From IMG/VR virus record IMGVR_UViG_3300000116_000009: a stretch of 64,000 nt of DNA. One strand, written 5' to 3'. Position 1 is the first letter of the stretch; each line of letters begins with the position of its first letter. Shown one piece after another: positions 35,935 to 45,911 of this stretch. The notes under the pieces are model-generated. The model was not told the origin of the DNA. It searched no databases and worked only from the letters and a program-made list of their open reading frames with translations. Position numbers and translations under genes: made by a program. This stretch comes from an uncultured virus (IMG/VR IMGVR_UViG_3300000116_000009). Its lineage: Duplodnaviria; Heunggongvirae; Uroviricota; Caudoviricetes.

Positions 35935-36192
35935 ATGATAAACTATTCAAAGTTAAATGATTATTCAGTTGTTGAATTACAAAATTTAAAAAGACAAATC
36001 AATATTGTACTCGAATCTAAATCAATTAGAAACGTTTCACAAATGGGTGTTGGTCAATTGGTTAATGTAAATCATAAGAAAGCCATGCCAGGTGAGTATA
36101 AAATTCTTAAAATAAATAGAAAAACTGTTCTTTTAAAAGATCCTATAGGTGGGAAAATTAAAGCTTCACTAAGTTTAATTTCAGCTATATAA
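35935..36192 (+). CDS. small early protein (SH3/KOW-like)
   Basis: VGQLVNVNH..GEYKILKINRKTVLLK. Confidence 0.7.
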   Translation: MINYSKLNDYSVVELQNLKRQINIVLESKSIRNVSQMGVGQLVNVNHKKAMPGEYKILKINRKTVLLKDPIGGKIKASLSLISAI

Positions 36193-36317
36193 TGAATTGT
36201 TTTATAAATTTTTTAGCAATAACAGGAGCAATTACGTGGATTATTTTAATATCACTATTTGCAGTAGATCAATATGGAATTTGGAAACTTAATCAAGAAG
36301 AAGATGAGCATAAATAA
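36192..36317 (+). CDS. 41 aa membrane peptide (not in ORF track)
   Basis: TAATG coupling; MNCFINFLAITGAITWIILISLFAVDQ... Confidence 0.5.
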   Translation: MNCFINFLAITGAITWIILISLFAVDQYGIWKLNQEEDEHK

Positions 36318-36531
36318 ATTTATAATTATAAGACCCTTTTTAGGAAGTGGTAAGGAAAGAAAAAGAAAATTTTTTGGATTATCTAATTTAGGTAATCCGG
36401 TAATAAAAGAAGATGGGAGATTTGTTCAAACTCCCATTGATGGAACAAATTATGATCCTAAAATACACGGGGATTATCAATGGAAAGAACCACAAGAAGA
36501 GTGGGTGGCTAATTCATTACATTGTAGTTAA
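36304..36531 (+). CDS. hypothetical protein
   Basis: ORF track 36274..36531; ATG 36304 preferred. Confidence 0.55.
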   Translation: MSINKFIIIRPFLGSGKERKRKFFGLSNLGNPVIKEDGRFVQTPIDGTNYDPKIHGDYQWKEPQEEWVANSLHCS

Positions 36532-36548
36532 TTAAATAAATAAAGGTT

Positions 36549-36764
36549 ATGAGTAAATTAAAAAAAGATTACGTAGTACAAGAAGTATTAGATTGTATCG
36601 CCCTAAAACAATTAAATAATGAGGAAATGCCCGATTTATCCTCAGATAAAATTTGGGTTATAGCCGATTCTATTCTCTTTGAATGGAATGAGTTAGGGGA
36701 TCCGGAGGCAGATTTTAGTGACATGGTTAAATGGAATTTAGAAAATTATATAACACATGGATAA
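36549..36764 (+). CDS. hypothetical protein
   Basis: leader AAAATAAAGGTTATG. Confidence 0.7.
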   Translation: MSKLKKDYVVQEVLDCIALKQLNNEEMPDLSSDKIWVIADSILFEWNELGDPEADFSDMVKWNLENYITHG

Positions 36765-37338
36765 GGAAACACAAAAGTCAATTGGAGGATGGATATTAAT
36801 TATAATAATATCTATTCTAATAGCAATATCGTGTACTTCTTGTACTAAAGATGAAATAGTAATAGTAGAAGTACCATACATTGAACCTCAAAGTGGGGTG
36901 GTTTATCTTACTTTAGATGGTATTCAGGATTCATATAATCAAACTGTTGAATTAGATACTTTATCATCATTCACTTACACACAAATTTATGCAGAATCTA
37001 CCGACATGGCTGAAAATCAGAAATATAATGGTGAAGCTAATATTAGGGCTTATTTTAGTACCGACAAGCATTGGAATTATAGTGACGGGGTTTTTCATGA
37101 TTATCCTGTTTATTACGTTTATCCTACTTCTGTACGTCTTATCCCACCTTCAACACGAATTGGGTATCAACATGAGTATAAACCAACTACGCTCCCTCTC
37201 TGGACTAAACAAATGGTGGGCCCAATTCCGCGCCAATCTATAATTGACGGCGAGAGTGTTAAAATTTATATAGACGTGTCTTATGACGGTAGATATCACG
37301 TAAAAGACAGCATATTAGTTACGCTAAAAGCAAGATAG
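36757..37338 (+). CDS. lipoprotein
   Basis: hydrophobic leader ending AISCTSC followed by TKDE (export-like signal). Confidence 0.7.
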   Translation: MDKETQKSIGGWILIIIISILIAISCTSCTKDEIVIVEVPYIEPQSGVVYLTLDGIQDSYNQTVELDTLSSFTYTQIYAESTDMAENQKYNGEANIRAYFSTDKHWNYSDGVFHDYPVYYVYPTSVRLIPPSTRIGYQHEYKPTTLPLWTKQMVGPIPRQSIIDGESVKIYIDVSYDGRYHVKDSILVTLKAR

Positions 37339-37502
37339 TATATATGTATAAACGGATATCACAATTTCCGGAAACACACTAAAAAAGAGTCTGTGAGTGC
37401 TGAAACATATATTAGTTTATTTGAATCTGAAGATCATTATGGGTATGAATGTATGCCTTATTATTCTTCTTCTATTACAATTGAATTTATTAAATAAAAG
37501 TT

Positions 37503-37796
37503 ATGAATATTGATAAAGATTTAGAGGATTTAATTGACAAGTTTTCTCCTCTACTCCATAATGGGCTTCAAGCTCAAAAAGGTTTATTAGATATTGCCTT
37601 AATTGCTTATGATCCTATTTTTGAAAAGGGAACTAATGGAGAACCAGTATTTAAAAGTTTTAGCACTTCCCAACTTAATGAAGTTATTAAAGGTCTTAAA
37701 GAAGACATAATTCCTATGTTTAAAGAGAATAACTATAACGAAGGAATTAAAAAAGCAAACATTTTTTTAGAAAAATTGCAAAAAGGGTTGGATTAG
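37503..37796 (+). CDS. hypothetical protein
   Basis: 97 aa; leader AATAAAAGTTATG. Confidence 0.65.
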   Translation: MNIDKDLEDLIDKFSPLLHNGLQAQKGLLDIALIAYDPIFEKGTNGEPVFKSFSTSQLNEVIKGLKEDIIPMFKENNYNEGIKKANIFLEKLQKGLD

Positions 37797-37817
37797 CCAA
37801 ATTTCTTTATTACCTTG
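37787..37817 (+). promoter_or_regulatory. early/middle promoter
   Basis: GTTGG-N19-TACCTTG (TAnnTTG); TTGG-ATTAG-CCAA hairpin. Confidence 0.55.
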
Positions 37818-37883
37818 TAGACCCCGAAACATATAAAAGCATAAGTTTTAAAAATAAAATAAAAATTTTAGAAAAGAAAAGGA

Positions 37884-38216
37884 ATGAATAAAGAAAAAGG
37901 GAAAAAAGCAATTGTTGTTTATACACTACCATACTGCGAACATTGTCAATCTCTAAAGGGTGCATTGAATTTTATGAAGATACCGTATATAATGGTGGAT
38001 GCTCATGAAGATGTTGCAACCGCATCTCAATTAGAAGAAAAATTAAACACTAAATCTTACCCCATTGTTGAATTTCCTTCGGATTCTATTTTTAATCCCC
38101 CAATTTATCTTACCCCAGCAAACGATAAAGGCTTGGCTACCGCACCTAACCATCGTACATTTATTAATATAGACGAGGCAGCACAAATAATTAATTCATA
38201 TTACAATGAGATATAA
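37884..38216 (+). CDS. glutaredoxin/NrdH-like redoxin
   Basis: VYTLPYCEHC..L..IPY..SYPIV. Confidence 0.82.
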   Translation: MNKEKGKKAIVVYTLPYCEHCQSLKGALNFMKIPYIMVDAHEDVATASQLEEKLNTKSYPIVEFPSDSIFNPPIYLTPANDKGLATAPNHRTFINIDEAAQIINSYYNEI

Positions 38217-38394
38217 AGAACTTATTCAAGGTAAATTAGAAAAATTGATCAACCGATTAAATTCAGTTAAACACTACTCTCAGAGAGGTGAGCATATTGA
38301 GGTTAATCAAACAATTGATGATTTAAAAGAAGATCTAGAAAGTATTCAAACACTATTAAATAACGAACATTCAGATTTCCAAACACAAATATAG
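38206..38394 (+). CDS. small coiled-coil protein
   Basis: 62 aa heptad pattern. Confidence 0.65.
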   Translation: MRYKELIQGKLEKLINRLNSVKHYSQRGEHIEVNQTIDDLKEDLESIQTLLNNEHSDFQTQI

Positions 38395-39153
38395 ATGGTT
38401 TTAAACGCGGAGCAAGTTAATGAAAATTTTGGAGTATTACTCTCAGGTATTGAAAAATATATTACAGGAGAACGTAAACAACAATTTTTAGATTTTTATA
38501 ATTCACTAGATGAACGTATCGCTCTACTCCCAGCTTCTCATAAGAAGGCTTATCACAATTGTTTCCCAGGAGGGTATGTGGATCACGTAGTACGTGTAAT
38601 TACTGCTGCCTTTAAAGTGAGTGCCGTATGGAAGGAAATGGGAACATCAGATACGTACACAGATGAGGAATTATTTGTCTCCGCTTTAAACCACGATTTA
38701 GGTAAAATTGGTAGTCTTGAAGAAACTTCCGTTTATCCTTCAACAGATGAATGGAGAAAGAAAAATTTAGGTGAAATGTATACTTTTAATACTAAAATTG
38801 AGTATATGACTGTACCTGATCGTTCTTTGTTTTTACTTCAACAACAAGGTATTAATCTTACTACTAATGAATGGATTACAATTAAAACACACGATGGATT
38901 ATATGATGATGCTAATAAAGCTTATTTAAAATCCTTTATGCCCGAAACAAAACCACGTACTTCTCTTCCTTTTATTATTCATCAAGCCGATCTTATGGCA
39001 TCCAGAATAGAATTTGAAAGAGAATGGTTAAGTAAATTTTCTACTCCAGTTCCTCATAAACAAAAAACTACTAAACAAGATAGAGTTAATTCTAATTTAG
39101 GAAAAATTGGTTCTAAAGATAATAATTTAATGGACCTAGTTAAAAATTTATAA
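38395..39153 (+). CDS. HD-domain phosphohydrolase (YhaM-like HD domain)
   Basis: PASH..YHNCFPGGYVDH..ALNHDLGK..HDG..HQAD. Confidence 0.85.
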   Translation: MVLNAEQVNENFGVLLSGIEKYITGERKQQFLDFYNSLDERIALLPASHKKAYHNCFPGGYVDHVVRVITAAFKVSAVWKEMGTSDTYTDEELFVSALNHDLGKIGSLEETSVYPSTDEWRKKNLGEMYTFNTKIEYMTVPDRSLFLLQQQGINLTTNEWITIKTHDGLYDDANKAYLKSFMPETKPRTSLPFIIHQADLMASRIEFEREWLSKFSTPVPHKQKTTKQDRVNSNLGKIGSKDNNLMDLVKNL

Positions 39154-39154
39154 T

Positions 39155-39448
39155 ATGACAATTTCAACAACCCTTTTAATAGTTCTTATTAACATTACAA
39201 TCTTTTTACTTTTAGGTTTTGTATATGTAATAGTTAATTTATTAAAGAAAAATGAAAAATTAGAAGATATGAATGTAGCCCAAGATACTTACATTCAACA
39301 AATATCTACAATAATGACAGAATCTAATAGAAAAATTAAAGAAATTGATTCTAAACAAATATTTCAATCAGATGATGAAATTGGTTGGTTTTTTACAGGG
39401 ATTAAAGAAATTCAAGAATACATTAATGAATACAATATCAACAAATAA
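39155..39448 (+). CDS. membrane-anchored coiled-coil protein
   Basis: N-terminal TM then heptads; FQSDDEIGWFF. Confidence 0.7.
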   Translation: MTISTTLLIVLINITIFLLLGFVYVIVNLLKKNEKLEDMNVAQDTYIQQISTIMTESNRKIKEIDSKQIFQSDDEIGWFFTGIKEIQEYINEYNINK

Positions 39449-39451
39449 TAA

Positions 39452-40258
39452 ATGCTCCAACCAATTGACGAATCTCTTAAGGAAAAAGTTCTAACTGTAC
39501 CCGTAAAAGATGAAGGTCCCCAATATACTAAAAAGGGGACTATTCGACTTCGTAAGCCTAAAACTAAAAATCAATATTTTACCCAAGATACAGAAGATGC
39601 TATTATAGAATATTTAGCTGAAACTAATCAAGATACCAGGAATAAAATATATAATGAAAGGATATGGTATGGTTTTCATAAATTAACAGAAAACATAATT
39701 CATACGTTTAAATTTTATTATACTGAAGTTGATACTATAGCTGAATTACAACATGAAGTAACTGCTTTTTTATTAGAAAAACTTCACTTATACCAACAAG
39801 GTAAAGGTAAAGCATATTCCTATTTTGGAACTATTGCAAAACGTTATTTAATACTTTATAATAACACAAATTATAAGAAACTTAAACAAAAAGCAGCAGT
39901 AGAGGATATTGATGAAGATCAAACCTTAACTATTAAGTTACTTAATGAACATGATTCTTCAATGTCTAAAGAAGGACCATCAGAATTCGTAGATTTTTTA
40001 ATTCAGTACATGGATATTCATCTATTTACTTTGTTTCCAAAACGTGAAGATGCTAAAACTGCGGATGCAGTTATAGAGTTATTTAGAAAACGAGAAAATT
40101 TAGATATTTTTAATAAAAAGGGAATATACATATATATAAGAGAAATGACTAATCAAAGTACTCCACAGATTACTAAAGTCATCAAGAAAATGAAAAAAAC
40201 TTACAAGAAACTATTAACTCAATACGTTGAGCACGGTTATGTAAGTATGTCATTGTAA
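39452..40258 (+). CDS. phage sigma factor, T4 gp55-like (late transcription)
   Basis: sigma region-2-like ELQHEVTAFLLEKLHLY..GKAYSYFGTIAKRYLI; located just before the structural module. Confidence 0.68.
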   Translation: MLQPIDESLKEKVLTVPVKDEGPQYTKKGTIRLRKPKTKNQYFTQDTEDAIIEYLAETNQDTRNKIYNERIWYGFHKLTENIIHTFKFYYTEVDTIAELQHEVTAFLLEKLHLYQQGKGKAYSYFGTIAKRYLILYNNTNYKKLKQKAAVEDIDEDQTLTIKLLNEHDSSMSKEGPSEFVDFLIQYMDIHLFTLFPKREDAKTADAVIELFRKRENLDIFNKKGIYIYIREMTNQSTPQITKVIKKMKKTYKKLLTQYVEHGYVSMSL

Positions 40259-40273
40259 ACCTTTTCTATATCT

Positions 40274-40281
40274 ATATTTAT
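40274..40281 (+). promoter_or_regulatory. putative late promoter core ATATTTAT
   Basis: start of the structural operon, 16 nt before ATG 40298. Confidence 0.52.
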
Positions 40282-40297
40282 ATCCAAAGTATAAACT

Positions 40298-40678
40298 ATG
40301 GATTTTTCACAAGTAAAATTATTCGGTAAGAAAAATTTCTCTGATCTCTTAAAGGAGATCCATGTTAATCAAAAAGATAAAGAAGTACAATTACGTTCAT
40401 TAATAGAAGGATTAAAACCTTTAATTACTTCACCAGGTGAAGCAACTATGATTGTGCCTTTAATCAAAGAATACATGGAATTAGCAATTAAAAACGACGA
40501 TCACCTTATAAAAATGGCGAGTGTAGTGCAACGAGCTTTAAATAACAAAACTAACGGTGGTGATGAGTTACTTTCTGACGATGATAAAGAAATGTTATTT
40601 GCATCTTTAGCAGAAATGAATACTCCTCAACCTGAAATTAAAGCATTACCTGAACCTGAGAAAATAGATAATGTCTAA
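40298..40678 (+). CDS. hypothetical alpha-helical protein
   Basis: 126 aa; IVPLIKEYMELAIKNDDHLIK. Confidence 0.75.
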   Translation: MDFSQVKLFGKKNFSDLLKEIHVNQKDKEVQLRSLIEGLKPLITSPGEATMIVPLIKEYMELAIKNDDHLIKMASVVQRALNNKTNGGDELLSDDDKEMLFASLAEMNTPQPEIKALPEPEKIDNV

Positions 40679-41822
40679 AAATTATCCTACATTAGGGAAT
40701 TCTGCAATTGCACAACCAACTTCAACTCCAACTATTGGAGATGAAAATCCATTATTTCCAGCACGGGTTGTTGATGTTAGTTTAGAACCTAATTCAAACC
40801 CAAAATCATTATTTCAAATTACAAATGGATGGGGGTCTATAGGAGCTATTCGTTTTGAATCTTTATCAAAGGCTTCTAATACTAATGATAAAATAACTAC
40901 CCAAGCTACTATAGCTTATCCAATGGACATTAATTTTAAGAAAATACCTACATTAGGAGAAACTGTATTTATAGTTAAAGGTCCTTCTTATAAACAATTA
41001 ACTACTGGTAATACCGATGCTTTTCAATATTATTATTTAAATGCAATATCTGTATGGAATAAGAACCATTTAAACATGCTTCCTCCAGATACCGAATATT
41101 CTACAAATACTGATACTGTAGATAATGAAAGTGTTTCTGAAGGTATAGCTAATAACCCCGAAACCCAAGTAGAAGAACCTAGTCCTGGAAAAACATTTGT
41201 AGAAGAAGCTAAAATTAGAAATTTATATCCTGTAGAAGGTGATATAATTTTAGAAGGAAGATGGGGTAATTCACTTCGTTTTAGTTCTACAGCAGTACAT
41301 ACTTCAGAAAGTAAAGATACACAAAGTCCTTGGAGTTCAGAAGGCACAAATGGTTCACCTATTACAATTTTAAGAAATGGGCAAGCTGAATCTAGTGCTT
41401 TTAATAATTGGTTTCCTACATATGAAAATGTGCAAGGAGATGCTTCCTCTATTTATTTAACTGATGGTCAATTAATCCCTATTTTATTAGGTTCTACTAA
41501 TTTTGATTCATTTGGTGTAGATGCCTCACCTCAAATAAACACCACAGCAAATATACAAGAAACCCCAGTAGCTAATCCAAATGTGTCTAATAAAGAACAA
41601 GATTCAACAGACATTACCTATGATACAGTAAATCAAGAACCTGAAATATCAGGAGATTTAAATATTAAACAAAAAGATACTGATTTTACTGAAAATGATG
41701 ATACAGGTCCTACAAGTAACACTTCAGTGTTCCCTGCTGATAACAAAAGCACAACAATCCAAATTACACAACAACAAAAAGAAAGAGAAGCTTTATTAGG
41801 AGGTGGAACAATAGATTTATAA
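40671..41822 (+). CDS. baseplate hub/spike protein, gp5/VgrG-like N-terminal part
   Basis: OB-fold-like ARVVDV..GAIRF..AYP..KIPTLGETVFI and GDIILEGRWGNSLRF. Confidence 0.55.
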   Translation: MSKNYPTLGNSAIAQPTSTPTIGDENPLFPARVVDVSLEPNSNPKSLFQITNGWGSIGAIRFESLSKASNTNDKITTQATIAYPMDINFKKIPTLGETVFIVKGPSYKQLTTGNTDAFQYYYLNAISVWNKNHLNMLPPDTEYSTNTDTVDNESVSEGIANNPETQVEEPSPGKTFVEEAKIRNLYPVEGDIILEGRWGNSLRFSSTAVHTSESKDTQSPWSSEGTNGSPITILRNGQAESSAFNNWFPTYENVQGDASSIYLTDGQLIPILLGSTNFDSFGVDASPQINTTANIQETPVANPNVSNKEQDSTDITYDTVNQEPEISGDLNIKQKDTDFTENDDTGPTSNTSVFPADNKSTTIQITQQQKEREALLGGGTIDL

Positions 41823-41826
41823 ATAG

Positions 41827-42255
41827 ATGGCAAAAGATATTCCATATAAACCAACATACCCTTATACTGGGAAACAAATTATAATTGATTCGGATAGAGT
41901 TACTCTTAATTCTAAAGAAGATATGACTTTTTTAATTGCTAAAAAGGCAATTTCTATATCTTCTGGTGGTACAGTAAATATAGATAGTACTGGAATGACT
42001 ATAATTAATTCACCTAAAATTAAACTCGGGTTAAATGCTAAACATCCCTTAGTACATGGTGATGTTTTATTAATCATTTTAAAAAATTTCTTTGCTATGC
42101 TACAAAAAGAAGTAGCTCCACAATTAATGAAAGCCCAAATTGAAGGTTCACCTGTACTAGCAACAGTTATAGCTGGAAAACAGTTAAACCAAGCTGTTAA
42201 AACAGCAAATGATTTATTAAGTGATTTATTATCTACAACTAATTTTACACAATAA
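41827..42255 (+). CDS. baseplate spike C-terminal (beta-helix-like) part
   Basis: QIIIDSDRVTLNSK..ISISSGGTVNIDS..INSPKIKLG..PLVHGD. Confidence 0.55.
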   Translation: MAKDIPYKPTYPYTGKQIIIDSDRVTLNSKEDMTFLIAKKAISISSGGTVNIDSTGMTIINSPKIKLGLNAKHPLVHGDVLLIILKNFFAMLQKEVAPQLMKAQIEGSPVLATVIAGKQLNQAVKTANDLLSDLLSTTNFTQ

Positions 42256-45200
42256 TGTCTAATCCCATATTACCACCAGTAAAATCAGCTAAAAAAACTG
42301 TTGTTAAGTTTTTAGGAAGTATGGTTGATCCTATTAACTCATTAACATATGGGATTGGGTCTGATAATATTGAAGCAGATTTAAAAACACAAGAAGAATT
42401 AAAAAAGGCAAATGAAACAACCTTTACAGAAGGAAATGAACAATTCCCAGGCATTTTATCTAAAACCAAATATGATGAAACTAATAGAGAGATAGGTAAT
42501 AAACAACAAGAATTACTAAAAGCAAATGAAAACCCTCTTAAAAATCCTGGGGTAATTCCTATAACAAAATTTGTTCGAAAATTAAATTCATTCCCTTTAT
42601 GTAACCCTTTAGAAGTAGGAATTAATGCAGCATTTCCACCTGGTAGTCCTGTTGCAACTGGATTAAGTAATATTCAAAATCCTCTTAAACAAATTCAAGA
42701 TATTTTCGTTAACTTTAGATTAATAGAAGGAAATCAAGTTGTTACAGGAACCTCAATACCTCAACCCATTGCAGTAGGTGAATTTACTATTACTATCCCA
42801 GGTCCTGATATTTTATCTCCTGGAACTAATTGTTTTATTCAACAAATGAATAATAAAACAATATTTACTAATATGCTTGGTGTAGTTAAATCAAGCACTG
42901 CTGAAGAAACTCCTGAAAAACCATTAAAAACTCAACCGGATCCTGTTAATTATATCATTGAAATCCAAAGATTTGATCCATTAGATCCACCTACTAAAAA
43001 ATCTAAATCAGGTAATACTATTTTAGATGGAGAACAAAATCCAATCTTAGAAACTTTTACTAATTGGGAAGTAACTTATGAAACTACAACTACAACTGAT
43101 ATTAGGGAACTAGCCGAATCAGTACAATCCGTTACAGATGCCCTAAGGGAAGTTGGTTTTACGGAAGTAATAAATACTTTTAACCAAATCCCAGATAGTT
43201 TTTTAGATTTAGGAAAAATTAAAAAAACCCTTCTTGAAATTGATTTATTTTTAAATAAAAATGTTTTACCTGAAATAAATGCTGTTGCAAATGCAACTAG
43301 TACAGCTTCACAAACACTTTCAGGGGGTCTTACTTCAAAACAAGTAATAGATAGATCTAAAATTTTTACTAAATTTTATAATGAAATAAAACCTCTAATA
43401 GAATTTGATTTATCATTACAAAACGTTTTTAAATCTCAAATACAAGATATAAATAAAGTATTAAGAGGTGCAATTCCATACGATCAATTAGCTAAATTAG
43501 TAGGAACAATAATTAAATTTACTAAATTTGTAACAAACACAGTTAATTTTGTTTTAGGTATATTTCAATTTTTAAATGTTTTAGTTAAAACCCTATTAGT
43601 TGTTGTTAAAGTATTTAAAGTATTAATAAAGGTTATTCAAGCCGTAGCAAATGCTCTTCCTACAATGTTCGCAACAGCAGGGATAGTAAATACTCTTGGA
43701 AAAGTAGTTACAGATGTAGGTGCTGCTTTAGATTTTGCAGATGCTGCCTTAAACGAAATAAGTGGGGCATTAGATGATGTTATTAGAAGTTTAACAGAAC
43801 TTAGAAAATACCTTAAATTACTAACATCAGAATTAGCAAAAATGCAACAAACATTTGAAACTTGTGCTAATTTAGATGGAAGAAAAGATATGAATTTGAA
43901 TGGAGCTATTCAAGGTTTAGTTTCAGCTGCTACAGGTGTTCCATTTCCTGATAATACTGTCAGAACTCAAGTTGAAGAAGTATTTGGTTTTTATACTCCT
44001 GATGGAAAATTTGATAATGGTCAAGAAGCATCTGAATTATCCCAATTTGGAAACACTTTAGTTACCACTGCGGATGGAACTATATTAGTTCTCCCAGGTA
44101 CAGTATGGGGTTTTGATTTAAATGGTCAAATTATATTTGGAGGTGATTTAATTTCTGGAGCAACAGGTGTTAATTTTGAAGAAACTAGAGGCCAAGCTTT
44201 TAGAAAAAGTTTAAGAGATAATTTTAATTTTTATACTTTTAATAAATTTAAAGGTGCTAATAATGCTAATTTAGTTGGAAATTTAGAAGCACAATCTATT
44301 GAATTATATGCTAAACAAGTAGAAGATGCTAGAAATAAAACTGCAGGAGATAAATTTGGAAATTTTCAAGAAGTATATTTAGGGTATACTATTAGAATAC
44401 AAGAAGAAAAACCAATATCCGATACTTCTAAAGGTGAAAGTAATTTAGTTAGAAGAAGAGGAGTAGCATTTGATATTGAGGAAAATTTAGTAGCTGCTTC
44501 TGATTTAACATTTAGTGATGATTTAAATTTAATTGTAAATGAAACTAAATATAAAATTAGAAGAAATGTTCAACAGGGTATAATAGGAGTAGGAACTGTA
44601 AATAACCAGAACCTCCCTGATGATGATGCTGTAAAAATAGCAGAAACTACAGGTGCAAATCCACTAGCTATTAGTAATATAAAAGCACAAGCTAATAACC
44701 GAAATGCAAATAGTATAGATGGTGGATCAGGAGGACAAACTAATAAGGATCCTGTTGCAATGAGAACGGGTAATAGTCCCTTTGAGGAAGCAGGAGGAGA
44801 ACCGGCACAAATAATATCAAATCAATCCTCACCTAATAAAACTATAAATACTAATAAATTAATCCAACAACCCTTTGCAGATTTTATAGAAGAAAACCCA
44901 TCTTTAAAAAAGATGCAAGATACTTTTAAATTACTTCAAGGTGCATCTACATCACAACTTAATGATATAATGTCATCACCTGGAGTATTTGATTTAAATG
45001 GAGAAGAATTAGCTGAAAAATTAAAAAATAATATTGTTAGTTCAGTTAATCCAAATCCTGAACATATTGAAGAAATAACAAAGAAAACAGAAATATGGTT
45101 AGAGGGATTAAAAGAAACTACAAAAATGGATTATGATCAAATTGTTTTAAATATGCATCCAAAACAAAGAATGGCATATCCACCATTTGAAGTATATTAT

Positions 45201-45410
45201 GACAGTATAGAACCCGAAGAATTTGATAAATGGATTAAATTCCTTCTTTCTAAAGACTATACCCAAGAAGAAATCTTATCAGGTGTGAAGGAAGAATCAT
45301 TACGTGATGATTACAAAATTAAGTTTGATCAAAAAGGTAAAGGAGGTAAAATCCTTAAAGTAGTAATTTCACGTAGAAACCAAAGATTAAGAGATCAAAT
45401 TAATAAATAA
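42255..45410 (+). CDS. large virion/baseplate-associated protein with long amphipathic helices
   Basis: 1051 aa; hydrophobic run FVLGIFQFLNVLVKTLLVVVKVFKVLIKVIQAV; lies between spike and gp25. Confidence 0.6.
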   Translation: MSNPILPPVKSAKKTVVKFLGSMVDPINSLTYGIGSDNIEADLKTQEELKKANETTFTEGNEQFPGILSKTKYDETNREIGNKQQELLKANENPLKNPGVIPITKFVRKLNSFPLCNPLEVGINAAFPPGSPVATGLSNIQNPLKQIQDIFVNFRLIEGNQVVTGTSIPQPIAVGEFTITIPGPDILSPGTNCFIQQMNNKTIFTNMLGVVKSSTAEETPEKPLKTQPDPVNYIIEIQRFDPLDPPTKKSKSGNTILDGEQNPILETFTNWEVTYETTTTTDIRELAESVQSVTDALREVGFTEVINTFNQIPDSFLDLGKIKKTLLEIDLFLNKNVLPEINAVANATSTASQTLSGGLTSKQVIDRSKIFTKFYNEIKPLIEFDLSLQNVFKSQIQDINKVLRGAIPYDQLAKLVGTIIKFTKFVTNTVNFVLGIFQFLNVLVKTLLVVVKVFKVLIKVIQAVANALPTMFATAGIVNTLGKVVTDVGAALDFADAALNEISGALDDVIRSLTELRKYLKLLTSELAKMQQTFETCANLDGRKDMNLNGAIQGLVSAATGVPFPDNTVRTQVEEVFGFYTPDGKFDNGQEASELSQFGNTLVTTADGTILVLPGTVWGFDLNGQIIFGGDLISGATGVNFEETRGQAFRKSLRDNFNFYTFNKFKGANNANLVGNLEAQSIELYAKQVEDARNKTAGDKFGNFQEVYLGYTIRIQEEKPISDTSKGESNLVRRRGVAFDIEENLVAASDLTFSDDLNLIVNETKYKIRRNVQQGIIGVGTVNNQNLPDDDAVKIAETTGANPLAISNIKAQANNRNANSIDGGSGGQTNKDPVAMRTGNSPFEEAGGEPAQIISNQSSPNKTINTNKLIQQPFADFIEENPSLKKMQDTFKLLQGASTSQLNDIMSSPGVFDLNGEELAEKLKNNIVSSVNPNPEHIEEITKKTEIWLEGLKETTKMDYDQIVLNMHPKQRMAYPPFEVYYDSIEPEEFDKWIKFLLSKDYTQEEILSGVKEESLRDDYKIKFDQKGKGGKILKVVISRRNQRLRDQINK

Positions 45411-45437
45411 AAATTCAATAAACAAATATTTATAATC

Positions 45438-45911
45438 ATGAAAGTAGAAGCTTTTAGAAAAATTATCCGAGAAGAAGTAAGAGACGTAATTAAAGAAGAA
45501 TTATCTTTGATTATGAGCACTCCTGTTACTGAAACAAAAGTAGTGCAAAAGCCCGTTGTAGAACAAAAAACACAGAAAAAACCATCATTTTCCGAAATGG
45601 TTAATGAAGAAGTAATACAACAAGCACCCCAACCCCCACAAAAACAATTATTTGAATCTAAAGATCCATTAGCACAAATTTTAAATGAAACAGCTGCTGC
45701 TGGAGATTGGAGAAATTTAAATGGAGGTTATAGTGCTACTGATGCAGTAGGTTTTGGAGGTGCAGGAATGCCTCAACAAGAAGTTAAAGTAGTTGATTCA
45801 GTAGAACAAATGTCATCTCAAAGAACAGGCGATATAAATCAGGTATCAATAGATGCAGTTCCTGACTTTTCTAATATGATGAGTAAATTCAAAGAAGAAG
45901 GTAAATTATAA
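45438..45911 (+). CDS. hypothetical late protein
   Basis: RKIIREEVRDVIKEEL N-terminus; ATATTTAT at 45426-45433. Confidence 0.7.
   Translation: MKVEAFRKIIREEVRDVIKEELSLIMSTPVTETKVVQKPVVEQKTQKKPSFSEMVNEEVIQQAPQPPQKQLFESKDPLAQILNETAAAGDWRNLNGGYSATDAVGFGGAGMPQQEVKVVDSVEQMSSQRTGDINQVSIDAVPDFSNMMSKFKEEGKL

Noticed and set aside
37336..37497. TAG read-through or stop-codon reassignment (52 open codons after the TAG of ORF 36757; in-frame TAG junctions at 27953 and 38394)
   Set aside because: All long genes are intact in the standard code, the only tRNA is Gln(TTG) rather than a CTA suppressor, and other TAG stops (1379, 35324) are quickly followed by further stops. A short GTG-started ORF or chance explains it.
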